DNA from: Alphaproteobacteria bacterium
GTDB lineage: Bacteria > Pseudomonadota > Alphaproteobacteria > Bin98
Reading direction: 5' to 3'
DNA length: 64,000 nucleotides
Assembly: GCA_965261615.1 (NCBI GenBank)
Contig: OZ253461.1
Span: 57,046-121,045, forward strand
The position numbers and the translations under genes were made by a program. Positions 56,820-64,000 of this stretch are shown in pieces. The notes under the pieces are model-generated. The model had not been told where the DNA came from and ran no database searches. It saw nothing but the letters and a program-made list of their open reading frames with translations. Within the stretch, counting starts at the first letter, position 1. Every line of letters starts with the position of its first letter.

Positions 56820-57848
56820 ATGTTTATTATATTCGTTATTGCAGCAATAAGCCTTACTTCACTTTGTGCAGCCAGCGCTCCACACGACTTTACTCCCCAT
56901 ACGTTTGCGCAGCTACCTCTTAAAACTCAAGCCTACCACCTCTTGAGCTACGCGCAGGAGGCACAGCGACTTGACCAGCTTGCCGCACACCATCATGCAG
57001 ACCCCCACTGGCCCCTAATCCACCAGGCCCTGTGCTCATTAGCTAAAAACGAAATGCTTGCTCTTCAACAGCTAGGTACCGTCACTTATAAAATGCATTA
57101 TGAGAGCAAGTGCCCAGAGGCACACAAGCTTCAGACCTGCATTAACGACTATCATATACGCCCAGACTTTGCTGCATTCTTGAAATCACACGCCGCAAAT
57201 GACGGGCCCACTCCACGAGCAAAAATTGGTGACGCCCAAGGCTTTATGCCCGTTACAGCATACCAATTCAATTGGTTTGGGTCCTTCAAGTCTTTCTGTT
57301 TTTGCCTCTACCACCTAAGCAGCACAAGTGGTAAAGAAATCATAAACAAAATACCCCCAGCCACAACAGCCATCAAAGGAACTGACATCCCCACCTCAAG
57401 CACTCCCGCGACCTTACTTCACTTTTTTTCCACAGAGGTTAATCCGCCATCCCACAAACGACCTTATTATATACTAGCCGAAGTCCCATTCAACGCCAGC
57501 AGCCCTATAAACTACTTTATCGTAAAAGCCCACGCACCAGCCACACTACCAAGCGCTTTTGCTAAAATGCCTCAGGACATACACCTCATGCATACGCTCA
57601 TTAAGAAAAAAGGGGAAGTTTCAGACAAAAAAAAGGGAGTTCAGATACGCTACCCAGCAAAACCTAAACCTAGCTCAATCCACCAGACTACGTTACATTC
57701 AAACGCTTTAGCTATCCCTGCAACAGCTGAACCGAGCGAAAAACAAAAAACTCACCCCAAAAGATTCCCTCCGGAAAAAATACACACTTACCTGATCACC
57801 CCCAAGGATAACAGTGATCAAGATTCGCTCACGGCCACTTTCGTGTAG
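56820..57848 (+). CDS. Family-B secreted paralog 2 (342 aa)
   Basis: Signal MFIIFVIAAISLTSLCAASA. Paralogous to 53772..54878. Confidence 0.6.
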   Translation: MFIIFVIAAISLTSLCAASAPHDFTPHTFAQLPLKTQAYHLLSYAQEAQRLDQLAAHHHADPHWPLIHQALCSLAKNEMLALQQLGTVTYKMHYESKCPEAHKLQTCINDYHIRPDFAAFLKSHAANDGPTPRAKIGDAQGFMPVTAYQFNWFGSFKSFCFCLYHLSSTSGKEIINKIPPATTAIKGTDIPTSSTPATLLHFFSTEVNPPSHKRPYYILAEVPFNASSPINYFIVKAHAPATLPSAFAKMPQDIHLMHTLIKKKGEVSDKKKGVQIRYPAKPKPSSIHQTTLHSNALAIPATAEPSEKQKTHPKRFPPEKIHTYLITPKDNSDQDSLTATFV

Positions 57849-57872
57849 CTACATCAATTAGATGGAAATACA

Positions 57873-57910
57873 AAAAGCCCACTGCAATGCTATCGCAGTG
57901 GGCTTTTATC
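57873..57910. terminator. Hairpin terminator (aagcccactgcaatgctatcgcagtgggctttt)
   Basis: A 10-bp GC-rich inverted repeat agcccactgc/gcagtgggct with an A-tract upstream and a T-tract downstream. It sits between the convergent genes 56820..57848 (+) and 57958..58383 (-). Confidence 0.7.
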
Positions 57911-57957
57911 AAAAACTTTTGATCGGCAGAAGCTTTGCCGCACAGTCAAAAGCTCAC

Positions 57958-58383
57958 TTAAACCTGAAGATTTTCGCACGATTTTTCGTCAGCACTACAT
58001 TCAGGATTAACAAAATCACAACCTTTTAGCTCCTCCGTAGAACATTCATCCTCGTCGAGAATCGATTCGTCACCAGAACTCCACTTAGGCTCAACAGGCA
58101 CGAAAACCAGTCCCTCTGTCTTCTTCCTCTCCTCTATAACACGCTCAGCGTTTTGGAGATCCTGCAATTGCGCTTTCAGCGCTTTAACCTGACAAACCTT
58201 TTCCGCAAAAGCATAACTGTTCAAGCCTACACTTTTTACTAAGCAGTCCCTTTCTTTATCTAAACGCCCTTGTACAAGAGCGATCTCAGAAGCTAGAGCT
58301 TCCTCACTCCACTCTTCCGCATGCCCAGCAGCGCTGACTTGCGCTCCCAAAAGTATCAGCATCACACCTAACATATTCATCAT
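57958..58383 (-). CDS. Small secreted acidic Cys-containing protein
   Basis: True start MMNMLGVMLILLGAQVSAAG (signal peptide). The upstream MKWKF... extension in the ORF track runs through the promoter region. Confidence 0.5.
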   Translation of the reverse strand: MMNMLGVMLILLGAQVSAAGHAEEWSEEALASEIALVQGRLDKERDCLVKSVGLNSYAFAEKVCQVKALKAQLQDLQNAERVIEERKKTEGLVFVPVEPKWSSGDESILDEDECSTEELKGCDFVNPECSADEKSCENLQV

Positions 58384-58402
58384 AAAGTTTTCTCCTATGA
58401 TG

Positions 58403-58430
58403 ATTGTATCATAAGTCAAACGTCTTGCAA
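58403..58430 (-). promoter_or_regulatory. Sigma-70-like promoter TTGCAA-N16-TACAAT with AGGAGA RBS, upstream of 57958..58383
   Basis: Minus strand: ttgcaa (58425-58430), a 16-nt spacer, tacaat (58403-58408), AGGAGA (58391-58396), then ATGATG at 58378-58383. Confidence 0.55.
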
Positions 58431-58454
58431 ACAAACAAAAGCTAAACTTCCACT

Positions 58455-59171
58455 TCATGATTCTGAATTTTTCAAAATATCGAATAGCATTTCTTTGATT
58501 TTTTTCCTTTTAAGTAAATGCCCATCTATCGCGCACTGCACCAGGTCCATAAACTCTCCACCCGTCATATCATATACTCCATCCTCTAGACGGAGTGTAC
58601 TGTCAGAAAGCATGAGCTCTGGGTGCCCCTCAAGAATCTCACACAACTTGTTTACCTTCTCCTGCAGTAAAAAACTTTTCCCATATTCCAGATTCGTTTC
58701 GCATAAGGTCTTGTGCATTTTTCTCTTTTTTTCAAATAATTTGTCGTAGGCGACCGACTCGTTACGCAGTAAACCAATCTCTACATTCTCCTTGCTTTTC
58801 ATTAAACCACCTCGAGCTTCAAGTTCTACACTCGCTTGCTCGTGCCTCGATAAACCTAATGTTGAATCTGCTATTTCTATATACTTGATAATTTGGTCCT
58901 CAGCCGCTTGCCATGCCTTCAAAACTTCCTTTTGTATTTGATCAACGGCCTCCTGTCCTTGCAAAACCCTGGAATTCAAGGCGCGTATCAGATCTTGCCA
59001 CAAAGCCTCCTCTCGAGTTCTATCAACAGCCGCCTGCGTCTGCATAACCTCTAAGGATGCAATATTGAGCTGTCCTCGTATTTCGTCTACACCCTCTGCA
59101 GCGCTGCACACAAACGGCAAAACACACGCGCTCACCAAAAGTATCAGCATCACACCTAGCATATTCATCAT
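58455..59171 (-). CDS. Secreted coiled-coil protein (approx. 238 aa from the MMNML start)
   Basis: Start MMNMLGVMLILLVSACVLPFVCSAAEG (signal peptide). The body is charged and helical. Confidence 0.5.
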   Translation of the reverse strand: MMNMLGVMLILLVSACVLPFVCSAAEGVDEIRGQLNIASLEVMQTQAAVDRTREEALWQDLIRALNSRVLQGQEAVDQIQKEVLKAWQAAEDQIIKYIEIADSTLGLSRHEQASVELEARGGLMKSKENVEIGLLRNESVAYDKLFEKKRKMHKTLCETNLEYGKSFLLQEKVNKLCEILEGHPELMLSDSTLRLEDGVYDMTGGEFMDLVQCAIDGHLLKRKKIKEMLFDILKNSES

Positions 59172-59190
59172 AAAGTTTTCTCCTATGATG

Positions 59191-59218
59191 ACTGTATCAT
59201 AAGTCAAACGTCTTGCAA
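59191..59218 (-). promoter_or_regulatory. Second copy of the TTGCAA-N16-TACAgT promoter cassette, upstream of 58455..59171
   Basis: ttgcaa at 59213-59218, a 16-nt spacer, tacagt at 59191-59196, AGGAGA, then ATGATG ending at 59171. The surrounding ~80 nt are identical to the copy at 58381-58458. Confidence 0.5.
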
Positions 59219-59242
59219 ACAACCAAAAGCTAAACTTCCACT

Positions 59243-59900
59243 TCATGATTCTGAATTTTTCAAAATATCGAATAGCATTTCTTTGATTTTTTTCCTTTTA
59301 AGTAAATGCCCATCTATCGCGCACTGCACCAGGTCCATAAACTCTCCACCCGTCATATCATATACTCCATCCGCTAGACGGAGTGTACTGTCAGAAAGCA
59401 TGAGCTCTGGGTGCCCCTCAAGAATCTCACACAACTTGTTTACCTTCTCCTGCAGTAAAAAACTTTTCCCATATTCCAGATTCGTTTCGCATAAGGTCTT
59501 GTGCATTTTTCTCTTTTTTTCAAATAATTTGTCGTAGGCGACCGACTCGTTACGCAGTAAACCAATCTCTACATTCTCCTTGCTTTTCATTAAACCACCT
59601 CGAGCTTCAAGTTCTACACTCGCTTGCTCGTGCCTCGATAAACCTAATGTTGAATCTGCTATTTGTATATACTTGATAGTTTGGTCCTCAGCCGCTTGCT
59701 ATGCCTTCAAAACTTCCTTTTGTATTTGATCAACGGCCTCCTGTCCTTGCAAAACCCTGGAGTTCAAGGCGCGTATCAGATCTTGCCACAAAGCCTCCTC
59801 TCGAGTTCTATCAACAGCCGCCTGCGTCTGCATAACCTCTAAGGATGCAATATCGAGCTGTCCTCGTATTTCGTCTACACTCTCTGCAGCGCTGCACCAG
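59243..59900 (-). pseudogene. Duplicate of 58455..59171 inactivated by a nonsense mutation and a diverged 5' end
   Basis: 59243-59880 is ~98% identical to 58455-59100. gcttgccatgcc (Trp) in copy 1 becomes gcttgctatgcc (amber) in copy 2 at ~59695. Only the C-terminal 115-aa ORF (59243..59590) stays open. Upstream of ~59880 the sequence diverges. Confidence 0.6.
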
Positions 59901-60271
59901 TCCCATAAACTCTCTGCCCGATCCGCACTACAGAGTGTGGTCTTCTATAAGCGACTGCCCAGCAGCCGGCGGCAACCCAGAACTCTGTGAAACCTTTACC
60001 TATATCGGCTTATTGCGAATTATCCAATTTAGAGGTGTATTCCAGGGTAGAGTCCTCTATGCGCGCGATCTCTGCAGACCTCACCGCATTTCAACACAAC
60101 ACCCTCCATCCACTAAAGTTTTTTGCTATACAACTTAATCGTTCACCTTACAAGTGCAGCACTAATCTGCAAAAAACCCACTGCGAAACCTTAACAATGG
60201 GCCTAAAGTCAAAGGTCAGGAGTAAGCGAGGTCTACGCCCCATCCTCAACCATTGCCCGCGAAATATTCGC

Positions 60272-60718
60272 TCAAGAAGATAACACTTCTAGACCGCCAA
60301 GCAGAGCACCGCCAAAACCCTCCCTCCAGGCTTTTACCGGATTTCCCATGGTGGCTTGTTTTACCTGGGACTCCTGACTTGCTTGGTGCTGTGCGCGACT
60401 AGGGTCCATCTCTAACAAAATTGAATTTGACAGCCCTTTTTGGTTTATATGACACTCCAAGCTTTCTTCGCGCAATGCGTTACTAGAATGCTCTTGCAAT
60501 GAAAAAAGATGCCCCCTTATTTTCTCCTCACGGCTCAGCTCTGTTTTCAAATCCACAAGAAGTTCTGAAATCTTTCGATGATCAATTTCCTCAGATGGCA
60601 ACACTTTTTGTTGCTGTTCCTTGAATAACGTAATCTTTTCATCATCTTTCTCTTGCGCCCCATACATTAGCTGCACTCCACAAAACATTAGTATAAAATA
60701 AAACGGTTTTTTAAACAT
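60272..60718 (-). CDS. Family-C small secreted protein
   Basis: Start MFKKPFYFILMFCGVQLMYGAQEKDDE (signal peptide). The body is charged. Confidence 0.5.
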   Translation of the reverse strand: MFKKPFYFILMFCGVQLMYGAQEKDDEKITLFKEQQQKVLPSEEIDHRKISELLVDLKTELSREEKIRGHLFSLQEHSSNALREESLECHINQKGLSNSILLEMDPSRAQHQASQESQVKQATMGNPVKAWREGFGGALLGGLEVLSS

Positions 60719-61023
60719 ACTTACCCCTATATCCTCTATATTTATCACAGAACAAATAATTTGTCACTAAAATATCTTTTGTGTTAGTGGTCTCTTTTTG
60801 CTCAATTAGGTCATGCACCATTTTAGCTTTGAGGCCAAATGCGCCCAACTGAACTCCCCTTTTACAACAAAAATCGACCAATAAAAACCCACTGCAAACT
60901 TTATTACAGCGGGTCTTACAAAGTAAGGAGTAAAGGCAGCCTATGGCTCTATCTTCGAGCATTAGCTCGTCAAATAGTTCCAGCGCTTCACAAACCTTAC
61001 TTAGAGTGTGGTACAAGTGTACT

Positions 61024-61356
61024 TTAATTTTGTTTTTTTACGCTTTCTATAAAATCTTGCGACGCTTTTAAAGTCTCTGCTTGTGTTCGCAGGGATTCAT
61101 GAAGTCTTTCCACGAGGGCTTTACTAGGCTCCTTCCTTGACAAAAACAATTCTCCTAATAGGTTGAAAGAATCGTTCAGCTCTTCTTGCACTTCCACTAA
61201 AAAACCTGCAGCCGCTATAGATTCTGCCTCTGTATATGGCGACACCTTTTGCTGCTGTACCTGTGCCTGTGCCCTCTCAACGTCTTGCCCATCCGCACCA
61301 TACATTGACTGGATTCCACAAAACATTAGTGTAAAATAAAAAGATTTTTTAAACAT
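61024..61356 (-). CDS. Family-C small secreted protein
   Basis: Start MFKKSFYFTLMFCGIQSMYGADGQDVE. It is preceded by AAGGAGA and a tacaat box. Confidence 0.5.
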   Translation of the reverse strand: MFKKSFYFTLMFCGIQSMYGADGQDVERAQAQVQQQKVSPYTEAESIAAAGFLVEVQEELNDSFNLLGELFLSRKEPSKALVERLHESLRTQAETLKASQDFIESVKKQN

Positions 61357-61535
61357 AATTTTTCTCCTTGTTAGGATTGTATTACAAAAAAAACCATTTG
61401 TCATTAAAAAATAATTTTTTGAGTTAGCGCTCTCTTTTTGCTCAATTAGGCCATGCAAGTTTTTAGACTTGAGGCCAAATGCATCCAACTACACGCACCT
61501 GTTTACAACTTGCAACAAAAATCAACCAATAAAAA

Positions 61536-61570
61536 AACCCACTGCAATCACAGTGGGTTTCTTTAGATTT
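61536..61570 (-). terminator. Hairpin terminator downstream of 61603..62255
   Basis: On the minus strand: aaacccactgtgattgcagtgggttttttt (stem cccactg/cagtggg plus a T7 tract). A weaker related copy lies at ~60886-60915. Confidence 0.65.
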
Positions 61571-61602
61571 AGCGCTTTTAACTTAAAGCTCTTGCTAGCA
61601 AT

Positions 61603-62255
61603 TTACGCTTTGCGGACACGCAAGAGGCCTTGCACATCCTCAAAAGCACTCTGGAGCCTCTTTTTCGCACTCCGCACTTCTACTGCCGTCCCATTTTTAC
61701 ATCCGTAATTTAGAGCGTCATACGCCTCACACAAAGCACCGTGGGCCTTACGTAAATCCCCCGGATCCTGCGTCAAGGCAAATGACTGTACATCCGCTGC
61801 CTTAAACCTTTCGTCTAAATTCAATAGAGCTGGGATAAGATTACGCACCCCTTCTACCTCGCTCACCAAGTTGTTTATTTCCACCTTCTCTGGAAATGGA
61901 AAACCGTCTAAGTGTGGACTGCTAAATCGTGAATGGACCGACTCCACAATCTCCACCTCTCTTGTAAGAGCCTGCGAACTCCGAATATCCCCTTTGGGAG
62001 CCTCAATATTTTGCGGCTTTTTTTTACGCAATTCAAAACTATAGCTCCCATTATCTCTCTGAGCCGTTTGAAAAGGCCCCTCACTAATTCTTGGTGCTAG
62101 ACTCAACTCAATCCCATTAGGCCCCTGTTTCGGAACAACCCTGAAAGGTACGGACCTACCTTCTTTACCGGTCAGGTCGAATTCGCTTGCCTTAGAAGCA
62201 GCGCCTGCCTGTGCTCCCACAAGGACAAGTTTAAATATAATGATCTTTTAAACAT
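61603..62255 (-). CDS. Family-C secreted protein with an apparent 1-nt frameshift in the signal-peptide region
   Basis: ATG at 62253-62255 gives MFKRSLYLNLSLWEHRQ..., but the long ORF (from GTG 62220: VGAQAGAASKASEF...) is in the +1 frame. The paralog at 62265..62615 reads MFKRSLYLTLVLFGAQVSAAS in a single frame. Confidence 0.4.
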
Positions 62256-62264
62256 ATAAGCCTC

Positions 62265-62615
62265 CTAGCTGTTCTGCTTCTCCAGAGCCTCTCCCACAAC
62301 CCTTTTTTCCAAAGCGAGGGCGTTTGCTTTTTGAGTGCACGTTTGGTAATCCGCATGCTGAAATGCAGGAATTTTTTGTTCCCGGGCTTGGAGGAGAACA
62401 TTCGTTAGGTCTATCACAGATTGATCGTGCTGTGCTTTTACCTCAGAATATCGCGTCTCTAGCTGTTCTGCAGAAAGGTTTGCAACACCTTGCTGCAAAG
62501 TGATCAAGCGCACGTTACCAGCTTCTTCAGTAGGTGCTGACACTTCTGAGCTAGCAGCACTTACCTGTGCCCCAAAAAGGACAAGTGTTAAATATAATGA
62601 TCTTTTAAACATATT
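62265..62615 (-). CDS. Family-C small secreted protein
   Basis: MFKRSLYLTLVLFGAQVSAASSEVS... The start is taken at the internal Met of ORF 62265..62720. Confidence 0.5.
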   Translation of the reverse strand, partial: NMFKRSLYLTLVLFGAQVSAASSEVSAPTEEAGNVRLITLQQGVANLSAEQLETRYSEVKAQHDQSVIDLTNVLLQAREQKIPAFQHADYQTCTQKANALALEKRVVGEALEKQNS

Positions 62616-62729
62616 AAATCTCCTTGCTGTCATTATACCACACAAACACCCCTCTTGCAAACAAAAATGCGCTGGACCTCTGCGCCATACACTACCCACG
62701 AACCATAACGCTCTTATCAAGCATCTGCT

Positions 62730-63497
62730 CTAAAGGTTTTCACACCTGTTCATTACGATTTTGATATACAACAACAAAGTCTCAGCGTTGCTTTGCTTTT
62801 CTAAAGCTTGCATCAAAGATGAGTAAAGCCTACTCTGTATACCGAGCATATCATCTATACGAGTATGAGCTTTTGCCATCGTCTGATCCGCAAGAACAAA
62901 GCTTTCCTTCACCCTTTCGTCTGCATGTTTTGAACTTTGTTGGCAAGCAAGATAAAAATCGCTCTTTCCTTTGCAAACTGACTCCTTTAATAATTTCAGC
63001 TCCTGCATCTCCGAGTCTTTTTTCTCAATCCCAGATTCCAAACTCTTCCGATGTTTTGGTAAAAGCTGTAACCTTGCTTCAACATCTCGCAATAACCGGA
63101 CAACTTCTACGTCTCTCAGCTTTTGCTTTTCTTCAGCCCCTATCTGATCTAAACCAGAGGCTCCACGCACCCCTTGAACAACTTGCACCCAGGCAACCCT
63201 TACTTCTGTTAAGTCTTCGTTGCTAGAACTCGCCACAATGTCAGAAAGGGCTATCTCTTTGCCAAGGCCTTCACTTAGCTTACCCTCCTCTATAGCAGCA
63301 AGGTAGCCCTTCCAATGCTCCTCCAGGCAGTCTATCTCCACTTTTGTGCCGTCTTCACCTATAGCGGCAATTTTCCGGCCAGCTTGAACCATGTCCTCTT
63401 GAAATTTCTCCATAAAGTCCTCGCCTACATACCCCGCAGCATTGCTTACAAACGGCACGCAACAAACACTCAGAATACAAACTGTCATTTTTATCAT
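62730..63497 (-). CDS. Hypothetical secreted protein (255 aa)
   Basis: Signal MIKMTVCILSVCCVPFVSNAAG. Charged helical body. Confidence 0.45.
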   Translation of the reverse strand: MIKMTVCILSVCCVPFVSNAAGYVGEDFMEKFQEDMVQAGRKIAAIGEDGTKVEIDCLEEHWKGYLAAIEEGKLSEGLGKEIALSDIVASSSNEDLTEVRVAWVQVVQGVRGASGLDQIGAEEKQKLRDVEVVRLLRDVEARLQLLPKHRKSLESGIEKKDSEMQELKLLKESVCKGKSDFYLACQQSSKHADERVKESFVLADQTMAKAHTRIDDMLGIQSRLYSSLMQALEKQSNAETLLLYIKIVMNRCENL

Positions 63498-63635
63498 AAA
63501 ATCTCCACTAACAAAACCCTTTATTATTCCACAAAAATCTAAAGAGCTTATCTGGCAAGCCGGTTTCCTAACAATGAAAACACCCCCAAAATTGGTATGT
63601 GCTACGCCTGATTACTCTTTATAAGCGCACAACCA

Positions 63636-63950
63636 CTACTGAGTTTCCTGTGCGGCAGCGCTAAGTATTTTCACCACAATTAGCTTTTGGCAATCATCAC
63701 TCTGAAAAATAGGATGTTTCTGTTCTTTTGCCTCCTCTAACGCAGCTTTTAATTCTTGAAGGTTTTTAGCTTGCACAATGGATGCCCCTGTTTTTTTTGC
63801 ACTTAGGTCCTTCTCTGAAAGGTATTCATTTTCTGGTCGCAAAAACTCCACAAACGCAGTGTCGGATTGCCCAGGTAGCCCATCCTTGTTAGAAGCACTT
63901 GCCTGTACTACAAAAAGTACCATTGCGAAATATAATAATTGTTTAAACAT
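63636..63950 (-). CDS. Family-C-like small secreted protein
   Basis: MFKQLLYFAMVLFVVQASASNKDGL... has the same leader style (ttgtttaaacat upstream). Confidence 0.45.
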   Translation of the reverse strand: MFKQLLYFAMVLFVVQASASNKDGLPGQSDTAFVEFLRPENEYLSEKDLSAKKTGASIVQAKNLQELKAALEEAKEQKHPIFQSDDCQKLIVVKILSAAAQETQ

Positions 63951-64000
63951 ATAATTTCCTTTTAATTTCCTTTAAAATCATTTTATCATCCACAAATTCT

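Noticed and set aside
57958-59246. MKWKFSF(C/W)LFARRLTYDT... N-terminal extensions of the ORFs 57958..58458 and 58455..59246
   Set aside because: The extension is a read-through of the promoter and RBS cassette (TTGCAA-N16-TACAAT-AGGAGA). The internal ATGATG with the MMNML signal peptide is the convincing start.
59930-60290. ORF-poor interval considered as a possible ncRNA (tmRNA, 6S RNA or RNase P RNA)
   Set aside because: I found no tRNA-like acceptor or T-arm, no tag-peptide reading frame, and no RNase P or 6S hallmarks by eye. The segment aaaaacccactgcgaaacc resembles a degraded copy of the family-C 3' hairpin flank, so it is more likely decayed duplicate DNA.
1-64000. Mobile elements, prophage, rRNA/tRNA genes
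   Set aside because: I recognised no transposase, integrase or phage structural motif in any frame. I saw no rRNA-like stretch and no convincing tRNA cloverleaf signature. Without a tRNA scan, small RNA genes cannot be fully excluded.

Overview
This 64 kb window looks like it comes from a reduced-genome, host-associated alphaproteobacterium, probably a Rickettsiales-like lineage. GC is roughly 47-50% by eye. Housekeeping genes are typical of alphaproteobacteria: rplU-rpmA-obg, tolQ-tolR-tolA-tolB, an M16 peptidase, tyrS, rsmD, a short-form malic enzyme, a Tim44-like protein, an Smr-domain protein, a Zn-finger-less dksA, tadA, rpsU, xth, erpA and prfB. These conserved genes sit as small islands between very large lineage-specific arrays of Sec-signal-bearing orphan proteins that make up most of the window. 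(1) 8.6-16.7 kb, minus strand: duplicated two-gene modules and a family of small coiled-coil secreted proteins that share a signal peptide, with decayed gene fragments. (2) 20.0-32.3 kb, plus strand: ten tandem paralogs of a ~300-aa secreted helical protein family ('family A'). The array contains near-identical 1.14 kb tandem duplications, 84-bp coding tandem repeats, a 949-aa tri-modular fusion and one frameshifted member. (3) 38.5-46.3 kb, minus strand: a tightly overlapped six-gene operon of secreted HtrA/DegP-like (trypsin fold + PDZ) paralogs. Only one retains a canonical His-Asp-Ser triad, so the other five look like pseudo-proteases. (4) 53.8-57.8 kb: a second locus where family A alternates with a second family ('family B'). 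(5) 58-64 kb, minus strand: a duplicated promoter-gene cassette with one pseudogenised copy, and a third family ('family C') of small secreted proteins with conserved leaders and hairpin terminators. I found no rRNA, tRNA, CRISPR array, transposase or integrase by eye. A recurring TTCTGTGATAtAAT extended -10-like motif lies about 8-25 nt upstream of many of the family-A, -B and -C start codons. All functional assignments rest on motif reading of the supplied translations, not on database searches.
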